This document shows, one piece after another, positions 10,225-18,993 of a DNA stretch of 64,000 nucleotides. The DNA comes from Acidimicrobiia bacterium (lineage in GTDB: Bacteria; Actinomycetota; Acidimicrobiia; Spongiisociales; UBA5794): contig CBDCGU010000003.1 of assembly GCA_965216945.1 (NCBI GenBank), positions 3,868 through 67,867 on the forward strand. Reading direction: 5' to 3'. Position 1 is the stretch's first letter. Each line of letters opens with the position of its first letter. Made by a program: the position numbers and the translations under genes. The notes under the pieces were generated by a model. The model saw only the letters and a list, made by a program, of their open reading frames with translations. It was not told the DNA's origin and did not search any database.

Positions 10225-11670
10225 ATGCTCGAACGGGACCGGCTGGTCGCCGAGAGCGAGGTGCCATTGGAGCTGCGGGCCACCGATGAACGCCCGATAC
10301 TCGAGGGCGCCGTCCAGCAGGCCGCCCGGGATGCTCTGGCCGTTGCGGTGGACGATGACGACACGTTCGATGTTCGTCGCCAGGAGCTGCAGCGGGTCAT
10401 CGCATCACTGCGCCCCCACCGGGTAGCCGCCGCACGCCAGAGAGCTGCCACCGCACTCGCCAACCAGCTGGTGGAGACGGAGGTCGGGGACGCCCTCCTC
10501 ACCGACGAGGGCTCGCGGCTGGTGCGAGCCGCCGGCGCACTCGACCCCGGGGCCCCGGCACAACAATCCATCGACGAGCTCGCCGGGGTGTACGGCACCG
10601 CTCAGGCCAAGACCAGGAAGCTCGAATCGCTGTACGCCGCGCTCCCCGCATCGACGGCCCGCCCGGCGGTCGCCGCCGCTCTCGCCGACGTCACGGACGA
10701 CCCCGACATCGCCGTGGAGCGCTACGAGGAGGTGCGGGTGAAGCTGGAGGAGGAGGGAGCGGCCCTCAAGGCGGACGGGCTGTCGATCCCGGCCATCGCC
10801 GCGCTGCTCCTCATGAACAACGACCAGGACGACCTGGAGGAGTTCGTCGACACCTACCGGGAGAACCGCAATCGTGGCTTCCCGGCAGACGAGGCCGTGG
10901 AGTACGCCCTGGCCGGCCTGCGCACATCGCGCGAGATCGAGTACGTCCGCGAGGAGGCGAAACGGCTCGACCTGCCCATCGCCATCACGGCGGCCCTCTT
11001 GCGGCGCCGCGACGACGGTCCCGAGGTGTATCGCCAACTGCTCGACCGCCTCGCCGGGCAAGGCGTGGAGACCGACGATCGACGAACGATCGCCGGGATA
11101 CTGGCCGTGTCGCTCGAGCCTGCCCTCGCCATCGACCGATGGGTCGAAGCCCGCAACGCCCTGACCGCGTTGGGGCTCCAAGGAGCATACGCCGACATCG
11201 CCGCCGCCTTCGGGGCGTCCGACCCACGCGGTCCCCGGACCTTCGCTCTGGCCTACGCCGCCCAGCGCCAATCCCTGGCGCGCAGCACGATCGACGACGC
11301 CGACCGCTTCGCTCCCGAGCTCGCCCACGAGGGCACACGGCGCCAGGAGGACACGTGGACCGGCGAGCCCATACCTCGTGGTCTGTACAGCTTCGACCCG
11401 TACACGCTGCTCTTCTACCACTGGGTCATCACTCGCGGTCACCACGGCAGCTTCGGCTGGGAGCCCATCTACCGCGACCAGTCCTGGTCGCAGGACCGCG
11501 GTTCGTGGTGGGGCGGCACCGGCGGCTTCGGCGGCTGGGGCGGCGGTGGCGGCTTCGGGGGCGGCGGTGGTGGCTCGTCGTGGGGCGGCAGCTCGTGGGG
11601 CGGCGGTGGTTTTGGCGGGTTCGGTGGCGGAGGCGGGTTCGGTGGCGGAGGCGGCGGCAGCAGCTGGTAG
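10225..11670 (+). CDS. Hypothetical protein with a glycine-rich (GGFGG/SSWGG) C-terminal tail, partner of the TPM-domain gene
   Basis: Long ORF (frame of 9913..11670) with the first ATG after the upstream stop at 10225. CTG 10147 or GTG 10261 are also possible starts. Ends in WGGTGGFGGWGGGGGFGGGGGGSSWGGSSWGGGGFGGFGGGGGFGGGGGGSSW, the tail type known from TPM/YgcG-family proteins. Confidence 0.5.
   Translation: MLERDRLVAESEVPLELRATDERPILEGAVQQAARDALAVAVDDDDTFDVRRQELQRVIASLRPHRVAAARQRAATALANQLVETEVGDALLTDEGSRLVRAAGALDPGAPAQQSIDELAGVYGTAQAKTRKLESLYAALPASTARPAVAAALADVTDDPDIAVERYEEVRVKLEEEGAALKADGLSIPAIAALLLMNNDQDDLEEFVDTYRENRNRGFPADEAVEYALAGLRTSREIEYVREEAKRLDLPIAITAALLRRRDDGPEVYRQLLDRLAGQGVETDDRRTIAGILAVSLEPALAIDRWVEARNALTALGLQGAYADIAAAFGASDPRGPRTFALAYAAQRQSLARSTIDDADRFAPELAHEGTRRQEDTWTGEPIPRGLYSFDPYTLLFYHWVITRGHHGSFGWEPIYRDQSWSQDRGSWWGGTGGFGGWGGGGGFGGGGGGSSWGGSSWGGGGFGGFGGGGGFGGGGGGSSW
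11500..11667 (+). repeat. GGC-rich low-complexity coding repeat (Gly-rich tail)
   Basis: Degenerate (GGCGGYKKC) reiterations encoding the GGFGG/SSWGG tail. It is coding low complexity, not an interspaced array. Confidence 0.6.
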
Positions 11671-11672
11671 CC

Positions 11673-12452
11673 GTGATCACCTCAACCGCCAACCCTCGCG
11701 TCAAGGCGCTCGCCCGGCTGAAACGACGCAGCGCTCGGGACACGACGGGCTCCTTTCCCATCGAGGGGATGCGGGCGGTGCAGCGGGCCGTCGCCGCCGG
11801 CTGGCCCCTGAAAGAGCTGATTGTTGCCCCTGAGCTGATGAGCGCCCCGGTGAGGGCATCGATCTCCACCGTGAGGCCGGCCGGGCTCGCCGTCACCGAG
11901 CTGGGCGAGGCGGCATTCCGCAAGATCGCCTACCGGCAGCATCCAGATGGCGTCCTGGCTGTTGGGCACGCTGTCGACCTGACGCTCCAAAGACTCTCGC
12001 TCCCGCCCCATCCGCTGATCCTCGTCGCGGAGAGCATCGAGAAGCCGGGCAATCTCGGCGCCATGCTCCGCAGCGCCGACGGCGCCGGTGCGGACGCCGT
12101 GATCGCGGCGGATGTCTCCACCGACCCGTTCAATCCCAACGTCGTGCGGGCCTCGCAAGGATCGCTCTTCACGGTGCCCCTTGCCGTGGCGACCGCAGCC
12201 GACACGATTGCCTGGCTCGATGCGCACGCCGTCTCCGTATTGGCGGCGGGCCCAGACGGGTCGACCGCGATCTGGGACACCGACCTCACCGGACCGACTG
12301 CGCTCGTGGTGGGCGGTGAACACGGCGGCCTCACCGATCTCTGGGCGGGACGCACCCGCGTGGCCCTGCCGATGGCGGGTTCCGCCGACAGCCTCAATGC
12401 CGCCACCACCGCAGCAGTGTTGCTGTACGAGGCGGTGCGCCAGCGCCGCTGA
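11673..12452 (+). CDS. TrmH/SpoU-family RNA 2'-O-methyltransferase
   Basis: GTG at 11673 immediately after the upstream TAG (11668-11670). SpoU MTase motifs are LVAESIEKPGNLGAMLRSADGAGADAVI, VVGGEHGGL and LPMAGSADSLNAATTAAVLLYE. Confidence 0.75.
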   Translation: MITSTANPRVKALARLKRRSARDTTGSFPIEGMRAVQRAVAAGWPLKELIVAPELMSAPVRASISTVRPAGLAVTELGEAAFRKIAYRQHPDGVLAVGHAVDLTLQRLSLPPHPLILVAESIEKPGNLGAMLRSADGAGADAVIAADVSTDPFNPNVVRASQGSLFTVPLAVATAADTIAWLDAHAVSVLAAGPDGSTAIWDTDLTGPTALVVGGEHGGLTDLWAGRTRVALPMAGSADSLNAATTAAVLLYEAVRQRR

Positions 12453-12480
12453 GTGGGCCGTCCCGGCATGCGGGCCGGTC

Positions 12481-12711
12481 TCAGCCCGGGGCTCGATCCT
12501 CGTCGATGGCATCGTCGCGCTGGCACCAGCGGCACACCACTCGGTCGATCCTCGACTCGAGGACCTCCTCCTCGTCGATCGTCATACCACCACCGAGGTC
12601 GTAGTGGGCGAACCGGCGACGTCGTACCGTCTCGTACACGTCGAAACGAGTGCGATTGCCGCAGTGCTCACACCGGTAGCTCCGCTCCGTCACGGCTTCA
12701 CGAGACCCCAC
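12481..12711 (-). CDS. Small zinc-ribbon protein (two CxxC pairs)
   Basis: 76 aa with CEHCGN...CRWCQ, a four-Cys zinc-ribbon pattern. Overlaps the upstream minus-strand gene by ~22 nt. Confidence 0.45.
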   Translation of the reverse strand: MGSREAVTERSYRCEHCGNRTRFDVYETVRRRRFAHYDLGGGMTIDEEEVLESRIDRVVCRWCQRDDAIDEDRAPG

Positions 12712-13232
12712 AGCCCGTCGTCTGCCAGCATCTGGTCGATCAGGTCGAGGCGAGGTCTCGCCCTCCCCATCTGGACCGCGGGCGTCGTCGTCACGTGGAC
12801 GGCGGGCCCCTGCCGGGCAATGCTCGGCACTACCGACACCCCGGCCTCCACCGCCGTCCGATGAGCCAGCACGAGGCTGCGATGCCCGACGTCGGGAATC
12901 GCTGCGAGCAGCACATCACCGTCGACGCCCGCCACCTTCGCCGCGGCCCGGTAGGTCAGCTCCGCATCCAACGCATCGCCCTGGCTGTGCCGCAACGTGA
13001 ACAGCGCCTGCCGCAACCGCTGCTGCCGCTCGGGTTCGATGACCGCCGCATGGGCGGCCAGCGCCCGCACTCCCGGCGTCATGTCCCCTGCGCTGCCGGG
13101 GCCGTCCACCGGGAAGCCCACCCACGTGACGTCCAGTGCGGCTCCCTCCTCGGCCGCCGTCGTCAACAACAAGAACAACCGCCAGGAGTCCGCCGACTCG
13201 AAGTCGAAGTACACGGTGCCGCTGAAGCTCAC
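12690..13232 (-). CDS. DsbA-like thioredoxin-fold protein lacking the CxxC cysteines
   Basis: DsbA/FrnE-like fold (VYFDFESADSWRLF...QALFTLRHSQGDALDAELTYRAAAKVAGVDGDVLLAAI), but the active-site position reads ESADSW, not CxxC. Start set at GTG 13232; upstream in-frame ATGs would overlap the LexA box and the divergent gene. Confidence 0.45.
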   Translation of the reverse strand: MSFSGTVYFDFESADSWRLFLLLTTAAEEGAALDVTWVGFPVDGPGSAGDMTPGVRALAAHAAVIEPERQQRLRQALFTLRHSQGDALDAELTYRAAAKVAGVDGDVLLAAIPDVGHRSLVLAHRTAVEAGVSVVPSIARQGPAVHVTTTPAVQMGRARPRLDLIDQMLADDGLWGLVKP

Positions 13233-13291
13233 GTCGGCCGAGGGTACCAGCGGCCAGGCACTGCCCAGCTTTGTCTCGCTGGATGCTTGAC

Positions 13292-13307
13292 TCGAACATA
13301 TGTTCGA
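13292..13307. promoter_or_regulatory. LexA (SOS) box TCGAAC-ATAT-GTTCGA
   Basis: Perfect match to the actinobacterial/mycobacterial LexA operator consensus TCGAAC(N4)GTTCGA. Sits in the divergent intergenic region ~32 nt upstream of the DnaQ-GIY-YIG gene. Confidence 0.75.
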
Positions 13308-13338
13308 TGTAGCGTCGCTGGCCCGAACGAGGACGCAC

Positions 13339-14964
13339 ATGCTCGGCACACAACGCACCTTCGATGATCTGGGTGCTCCGCTCCACTCCGTGCCCTTTTG
13401 CATCCTCGATCTGGAAACGACCGGGGGCTCGCCGCACGACTGTGAGATCACCGAAGTGGGGGCGGTTCGCTACGAGGGCGGCGAGCTCACCGGCACGTTC
13501 CAGACGCTGGTCGACCCGGGAGCCCCGATCCCGCCGTCGATCACGATCCTCACTGGGATCACCCAGTCGATGGTCGTCGACGCCCCCAAGATCGAGGAGG
13601 TGCTGCCTTCGCTGCTCGAGTTCATCGGCGAGGCGGTCATCGTCGGCCACAACGTGCGATTCGACCTCTCCTTTCTCAATGCCGCCGCCCTGCGGCTCGG
13701 GTACGGCCGGCTTCCCAACCGCAGCTCCGACACCGCGGCCTTGGGTCGGCGGCTGCTGGCATCGGAGGTACGCAACTTCCGCCTCGGTACGCTGGCACGT
13801 CACCTCCGGTCGCCGACCAAGCCGAACCATCGCGCCCTCGAAGACGCCAAGGCCACTGCCCACGTCTTCTTCGAGTTGCTGGCACGGGCCGGCGCCATCG
13901 GCGTCACCTACCTGGAGGATCTCCTGGCGCTGCCGACGGCCCGCGGCGCACCGCATTACGCCAAGCTGGAGCTGACGGACGGCCTGCCGCGCCGGCCCGG
14001 TGTCTACCTGTTCCGGGACCGCAACGACCGCGTCATCTACGTCGGCAAGGCCAAGAACCTGCGTGCCCGCGTGCGCTCCTACTTCTACGGCGACAAGCGC
14101 CGCCGCATCGCCGACATGCTGCGCGACCTGGTACGGATCGAGACGAGGGTGTGCCCGACGGAGGTCGAGGCCGGGATCGCAGAACTGCGGTTGATCCACG
14201 CCCACCGGCCCCACTACAACCGCCGCTCCCGCCCCGCCAGGTCCACGCACTGGCTTCGGCTCACCCGTGAGGAGTACCCCAGGCTGTCGATCGTCCGGAC
14301 CCAGCGACCGGAGGTCACACTCGCCCAGCTGGGGCCGTTCCGGCACCGGCGCACCGCCGAGCTCGTCATGCATGCGATCTGGGACGCGATCCCCATCCGG
14401 CGCTGCACGGGACGCCGCGGACACCCGTCGTGCCGGTATGCGCAGCTCGGTGTCGCCCTCTGCCCCTGCGACGGCGCCATCGACGACGAGCTGTACAGGG
14501 CCACGACGGACAACCTCGTATCCGGCATCACTGCGGATCCGGGCCTCCTCCTCGAGCCGCTCGTCGATCGGATGCGCAGTCTGGCCGGTGGAAGCCGATT
14601 CGAGGAGGCCGCCGACGTGCGCGATCGCCACAGGGCCCTGGCGCGGGCGCTCGAGGTACGCAGGATCTGGCAGGCTCTCGCCGGCGCCGGTCTCGTCTGG
14701 GCACAGAGCGACGAGGGCGAGTCCGTGGTCATCGACCACGGATCGCTCGTGGCGTCGTGGGGCCCCGGCGACCCCACGCCATTGCTCCCGGTCGCAGCGG
14801 CCGACGTCGATCTCCCGCCGACGCCCCCGACCGTCGCCGCCGCAGAGGAGCTGTGGCTGCTCTGGCGCTGGCTCGACCGCCCGGGCGTGGCGATCGTCGA
14901 GAGCACCACCCCCATCACGATGCCGGCCCGACCGGTGCGCACGCTCACCACCCTCGCCTCATGA
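13339..14964 (+). CDS. DEDDh 3'-5' exonuclease (DnaQ/epsilon-like) fused to a GIY-YIG nuclease domain (Cho/UvrC-homolog type)
   Basis: N-terminus FCILDLETTG...VIVGHNVRFDLSFL...HRALEDAKAT (Exo I/II/III motifs). Followed by GVYLFRDRNDRVIYVGKAKNLRARVRSYF (GIY-YIG). Architecture matches the LexA-regulated mycobacterial Rv2191-type protein. Confidence 0.8.
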   Translation: MLGTQRTFDDLGAPLHSVPFCILDLETTGGSPHDCEITEVGAVRYEGGELTGTFQTLVDPGAPIPPSITILTGITQSMVVDAPKIEEVLPSLLEFIGEAVIVGHNVRFDLSFLNAAALRLGYGRLPNRSSDTAALGRRLLASEVRNFRLGTLARHLRSPTKPNHRALEDAKATAHVFFELLARAGAIGVTYLEDLLALPTARGAPHYAKLELTDGLPRRPGVYLFRDRNDRVIYVGKAKNLRARVRSYFYGDKRRRIADMLRDLVRIETRVCPTEVEAGIAELRLIHAHRPHYNRRSRPARSTHWLRLTREEYPRLSIVRTQRPEVTLAQLGPFRHRRTAELVMHAIWDAIPIRRCTGRRGHPSCRYAQLGVALCPCDGAIDDELYRATTDNLVSGITADPGLLLEPLVDRMRSLAGGSRFEEAADVRDRHRALARALEVRRIWQALAGAGLVWAQSDEGESVVIDHGSLVASWGPGDPTPLLPVAAADVDLPPTPPTVAAAEELWLLWRWLDRPGVAIVESTTPITMPARPVRTLTTLAS

Positions 14965-15132
14965 GCCGGCCCCAACCGCTGCCTCGCGGCAACGTCCCGC
15001 CGCCGGCGAGCGGCGTCCCCGGGGCGGAGCCGTGCCCACCACCGGAGCGGGCCGCCAGCCTGCGTGGCGCCCGAACGCCCCGTGGAGGGACACCACAGCG
15101 CGAGCGCGGCCGGCAACTAGCCTGCTCCGGGC

Positions 15133-17136
15133 ATGCGCTTCATCGTTCGCCAAGGCACTGATCCTGTCGCACGGGCCGACTCGGCACTGTTGCGTGCGCT
15201 CGGTCTTCCCGGCGGCGGCGTTGTCAGGATCGGCAAGACCCATTGCAAGGTCTCTCCCGGCGACGTCCCGTCGCCGACGGCTCTCCTCCTGGGCGTGCGC
15301 TCGATGCAGAACGCCGGTGTCGAAGTCGGCGACAGTGTCGACGTGGTGCGCGTTCCGCTGCCCGAGGCGTATCGCGTCACCGTCGACGGTGCGGACGCAC
15401 CACTCAACACCCGTCATCTGTCGCGTGCCTTGCAGGGCATTCCCGTCACCGTCGGCGACCGGGTGGTGGCGCAGAGCGCCTACGGGAAGGATGAGGCCGC
15501 TACGGAGATCGAGTTGACCGTCATGGCAGTCGAGCCTGGTGACGCCGGGCTCGTGGGAAGCGCAACCGTGGTGTCGGAGGAGGGCGAGACGCCGACGGCC
15601 GTCGTGGAGCACCCGACCGGAAAGGTGGCGGGCGACGCACCGACCGCAGCCGAGGCGCTGCTCGCCGGGCTCGACACCGAGCTCGACGTGATGACAGGTT
15701 GGTTGTCGCTGCTGACATCTCGGCAGGACCTGCCCGATGCTTGGGGCCTCCCCAAGGTGGCCGGCGTGCTGCTCGAGGGGCCGGCGGGATGCGGCAAGTC
15801 GGAGCTGGTGGCTGCCGCGGCCGCCAATGCCAAGGCTCGTGTGCACGAGGTGTCGCTAGAGCTGGTGTTCAAGCCCGACAAGCTGCTCGAGCGGTTGGAG
15901 AAGGCGGTCAAGAGCGCGGTCGGGCCCACGGTGATCTTCGTCGACCGCCTCGATGCCGTGGCGGGCGACGACGGCATGTTCCGCACCCAGGTGGCCGCCA
16001 TCATGCGATGGTTCCTCGATGCTGTCGCCGACAAGCCCCGCATCGCGTGCGTGCTGGCCGTGTCCGCGGTCGCCAAGCTCCCGGCGTCCGTCACCACGAC
16101 GCCCTTGCTGCCCCGCACGCTGTCGATCCCACCACCGGACGCCGAACGTAGGGCTCTCCTGTTCGAGTCCGCCATCTCCCGGGTCCCTGCCGAGGAGATC
16201 GACTTCGATCAGCTGGCGGCGCGTACCGCCGGGTTCTCCGGGGCCGACATCCTCGCCGCAGTCGTGCATGCTTCGGCGATGATCGCCCCGAAGGGCGGCG
16301 CCTTGACCCAGGACCTGCTGGTGCAGGCGGCGGATGAGACCACGCCGTCTCTCGGCGCCACCGGCATGGGCGAGATGCCCTCGTACGGCTTCGAGCGGGT
16401 GGCCAACCTCGACGAGGTGAAGCAGCGCTTGACGGAAGCAGTGATCTGGCAGATGAGGGAACCGGAACGGTTCTCCCGCCTCGGGATCGAACCGCCGAGG
16501 GGGCTCCTTTTGTACGGCCCACCAGGGACGGGCAAGACGTTCGTGATTCGGGCGCTCGCCAACGAGTCCGGTGCCGCGTTCTTCACGGTGAAAGGCGCCG
16601 AGCTACTGGACAAATACGTCGGCGAGTCGGAGCGAGCGGTTCGCGAGGTGTTTGCGAGAGCCCGCGCCGTCGCCCCTGCCATACTCTTCTTCGACGAGAT
16701 CGACGCACTGGCGCCGGTCCGCGGCAACTCCACCAATTCGGTCACCGACTCGGTCGTGGCCGCTCTTTTGACCGAGATGGACGGCGTCGCAGAACGCGGC
16801 GACGTGTTCACGATCGGTGCAACCAACCGGCGTGATCTGGTCGACCCTGCACTGCTCCGCCCCGGCCGTCTCGAGACCCACCTGTATCTGGGGCTGCCAC
16901 CTCCCGAGTCGCGGCGTGCGTTCTTCGGCATCAGTGACGTCCCCTTCGCCGCTGACGTCGATGTCGAGCGGATCATCGAGGCCACCGACGGGTTGTCGTT
17001 CGCCGAGCTGTCCGGCTTGCTGCGTGAAGCGGCGCTGCAAGCACTACGACGCGACTCCTCGGCGATCGCCGTGACGAATGCCGACATCGACTTTGCATTG
17101 GAGCGCTACCGAATGAACGAGGCACCCGCCGGCTGA
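15133..17136 (+). CDS. AAA+ ATPase, CDC48/VCP-like with two AAA modules
   Basis: 667 aa with an N-terminal double-psi-like domain. D1 is LLEGPAGCGKSE, with a degenerate Walker A. D2 is LLYGPPGTGKT...ILFFDEIDALAP with conserved Walker A/B and a second-region-of-homology. Confidence 0.8.
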   Translation: MRFIVRQGTDPVARADSALLRALGLPGGGVVRIGKTHCKVSPGDVPSPTALLLGVRSMQNAGVEVGDSVDVVRVPLPEAYRVTVDGADAPLNTRHLSRALQGIPVTVGDRVVAQSAYGKDEAATEIELTVMAVEPGDAGLVGSATVVSEEGETPTAVVEHPTGKVAGDAPTAAEALLAGLDTELDVMTGWLSLLTSRQDLPDAWGLPKVAGVLLEGPAGCGKSELVAAAAANAKARVHEVSLELVFKPDKLLERLEKAVKSAVGPTVIFVDRLDAVAGDDGMFRTQVAAIMRWFLDAVADKPRIACVLAVSAVAKLPASVTTTPLLPRTLSIPPPDAERRALLFESAISRVPAEEIDFDQLAARTAGFSGADILAAVVHASAMIAPKGGALTQDLLVQAADETTPSLGATGMGEMPSYGFERVANLDEVKQRLTEAVIWQMREPERFSRLGIEPPRGLLLYGPPGTGKTFVIRALANESGAAFFTVKGAELLDKYVGESERAVREVFARARAVAPAILFFDEIDALAPVRGNSTNSVTDSVVAALLTEMDGVAERGDVFTIGATNRRDLVDPALLRPGRLETHLYLGLPPPESRRAFFGISDVPFAADVDVERIIEATDGLSFAELSGLLREAALQALRRDSSAIAVTNADIDFALERYRMNEAPAG

Positions 17137-17167
17137 GGGTGACTCGCCGGTGCGGCGTGTGCCGGGA

Positions 17168-17851
17168 TCAGAATCCGCGCTGGTGATCGGCGTAAGGTGG
17201 TTCGGCGCCGGCGCGGAACTCCTCGACGTTCGGCCCCCCGAGTCGATGCAGTTTGCGGTTGCCGTACACGTAGCTGACGATGAGCAGCGGGATGATCGTC
17301 GGCCATGATGTGAGCACCTTGGCGATGGCGAGAAGCTCCGGCTCCCCGTTGGTGAAGAGGACCCACTGGACCAGCGCACGCCCCGCGAAGAACGCCACCC
17401 AGATCCACGACACGGAGGTGTAGGCGGGCCGGACGTCGGGCCGCACATACCACTCCATGGGCCACTGCCGAACGAGGCGGCTCGACCAGGCAGCAAGCGG
17501 GCGGCGGACGACGATGCTCACGACCGTACCGATCGCCGCCCCGGCGGCGCCAAGGATGCCGGGTAGGAAATAGCTCTCGGCGCGCCCACTGCGCAGGGCG
17601 AGGAAGGCGGTGAACGCAATGGCCCCGATGCCTCCGATGGCGTAGACGACCTGCTGTCCTTTGCGCAGGCGCCATGCCGCAACGCCCAAGCCGACGAACA
17701 GGGCCGCGGTGGCCGCCCATCCGAGCCCGGCCCAGGCGTTGACCGCGACGAACACGAGCGGAGCAGGAAACGAGTCGCCGATCGTGCGCTCCCCGGTGAA
17801 GAGGTCACGCAGATCGTTGCGGATGTCGGTGCGCAGGGTCGGATCACTCAC
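17168..17851 (-). CDS. DUF3159-family integral membrane protein
   Basis: 227 aa with multiple TM segments. N-terminal DLRDLFTGERTIGDSFPAPLVFVAVNAW pattern characteristic of actinobacterial DUF3159. Confidence 0.65.
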   Translation of the reverse strand: MSDPTLRTDIRNDLRDLFTGERTIGDSFPAPLVFVAVNAWAGLGWAATAALFVGLGVAAWRLRKGQQVVYAIGGIGAIAFTAFLALRSGRAESYFLPGILGAAGAAIGTVVSIVVRRPLAAWSSRLVRQWPMEWYVRPDVRPAYTSVSWIWVAFFAGRALVQWVLFTNGEPELLAIAKVLTSWPTIIPLLIVSYVYGNRKLHRLGGPNVEEFRAGAEPPYADHQRGF

Positions 17852-17878
17852 AGGCCGAGGTTATTGGCGGGCCGACCA

Positions 17879-18598
17879 CTACGGGGACGGCTCTACCGCC
17901 CGCAGTGCTTCCTCGACGGTGAAGGCCCCCTCGTAGAGGGCGCGCCCCACGATGGCGCCCTCGGCGCCCGTCGCCGCGAGCCGCACCAGGTCGGCCACGC
18001 TGCCCACTCCTCCGGATCCGAGGATCGAGAGTTGTGGAGCCGCCGCCTGGACACGTGCGATGACCTCGAGGTCGGGACCCTCCATGGTCCCGTCACGACC
18101 GATGCCGGTGACCAGGACCCGCTCGACTCCCGCCCCCACCAGGCCATCCACGACAGCCTCCAACGGGCGACCGTCGTCCCGCCATCCCTGACCCGTTGCG
18201 CTGTTTCCCCGCACGTCGAGTGCGGCGACGACACGGGACGACCCAACACGAGCAACCGAGCCTGCAAGCAACTCTGGGTGCCACACGGCCGCGGTGCCCA
18301 TGACCACTCTGTGCGCACCGAGGCCGATGGCATGGGAGGCTGCGTCCGGCGTCCGGATACCACCGCCGACCTGGAACGGAACGCCGGCCACGGCCATCGC
18401 CCGCCACAGTCCGTCGGCCGGAACGCCGTCGCGAGCCCCTGCCAGGTCGACGACGTGGACCAGGGCCGCACCGGCTGCACACCACTCCGTGGCCTGCTGC
18501 ACGGGGTCGTCGGCGTACACGGTGACGCGGCCGTAGTCCCCTCGCATCAGCCGCACCACACGGCCGTCGAGCACGTCGACGGCAGGGATCAGCTGCAC
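17879..18598 (-). CDS. hisA: ProFAR isomerase HisA (probably bifunctional PriA-type in an actinobacterium)
   Basis: MQLIPAVDVLDGRVVRL...VGGGIR...VVMGTAAV...VTGIGRDGTMEGPDLEVI...GSGGVGSVADLVRL...GAIVGRALYEG. Encoded on the strand opposite to the rest of the his operon. Confidence 0.85.
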   Translation of the reverse strand: MQLIPAVDVLDGRVVRLMRGDYGRVTVYADDPVQQATEWCAAGAALVHVVDLAGARDGVPADGLWRAMAVAGVPFQVGGGIRTPDAASHAIGLGAHRVVMGTAAVWHPELLAGSVARVGSSRVVAALDVRGNSATGQGWRDDGRPLEAVVDGLVGAGVERVLVTGIGRDGTMEGPDLEVIARVQAAAPQLSILGSGGVGSVADLVRLAATGAEGAIVGRALYEGAFTVEEALRAVEPSP

Positions 18599-18627
18599 CA
18601 GCCGTCCAGCCGATGTTTGTGGTGTGA

Positions 18628-18637
18628 TAGCATGCTA
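18628..18637. promoter_or_regulatory. Perfect palindrome TAGCATGCTA inside a larger GTGGT...ACCAC inverted repeat, in the AT-richer hisA/yerC divergent promoter region
   Basis: The 74-nt divergent intergenic region 18599-18672 contains TGTGGTGTGATAGCATGCTAGAACGTTACCACG, a candidate operator. Confidence 0.35.
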
Positions 18638-18672
18638 GAACGTTACCACGATGAAACGACGGGGGGCGTGCG

Positions 18673-18993
18673 ATGGGCATTCCGATGACGACCGACGACT
18701 GGCGCAACGACGACACTGCGGCACTGTTCGATGCGATCCTGACGCTCGAGAGTCGAGACGGGGCCGCCCACTTCTTTCGTGATCTCTGCACGTACCGCGA
18801 GCTCGAAGAGATGGCTTCACGTTGGGCAGTCGTCCGTCTCCTCGACAAGGGAATCCCCTATCGCGAGATCCGCGACCGCACCGGCGTGTCGACGGCAACG
18901 ATTACCCGAATCAACCAGTGGCTCCAGCACGGCACGGGCGGCTACCGCACCATGCTGGACCGGCTCGCCGGCGTAGACCCGGGCGGACGATGA
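18673..18993 (+). CDS. YerC/YecD (TrpR-related) family DNA-binding protein
   Basis: 106 aa with LFDAILTLESRDGAAHFFRDLCTYRELEEMASRWAVVRLLDKGIPYREIRDRTGVSTATITR, matching the Trp-repressor-like YerC family. Its stop overlaps the hisG start (ATGA). Confidence 0.7.
   Translation: MGIPMTTDDWRNDDTAALFDAILTLESRDGAAHFFRDLCTYRELEEMASRWAVVRLLDKGIPYREIRDRTGVSTATITRINQWLQHGTGGYRTMLDRLAGVDPGGR

Noticed and set aside
11500-11667. Repetitive GGCGG-rich DNA as a possible CRISPR or minisatellite
   Set aside because: Units are degenerate and contiguous with no unique spacers, and they encode a Gly-rich protein tail in frame. This is coding low complexity, not a CRISPR array.
12916-14739. 607-aa minus-strand ORF
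   Set aside because: Antisense shadow of the DnaQ-GIY-YIG gene (13339-14964), typical of high-GC DNA. It shows no domain signatures and an Arg/Gly/Asp-dominated composition.
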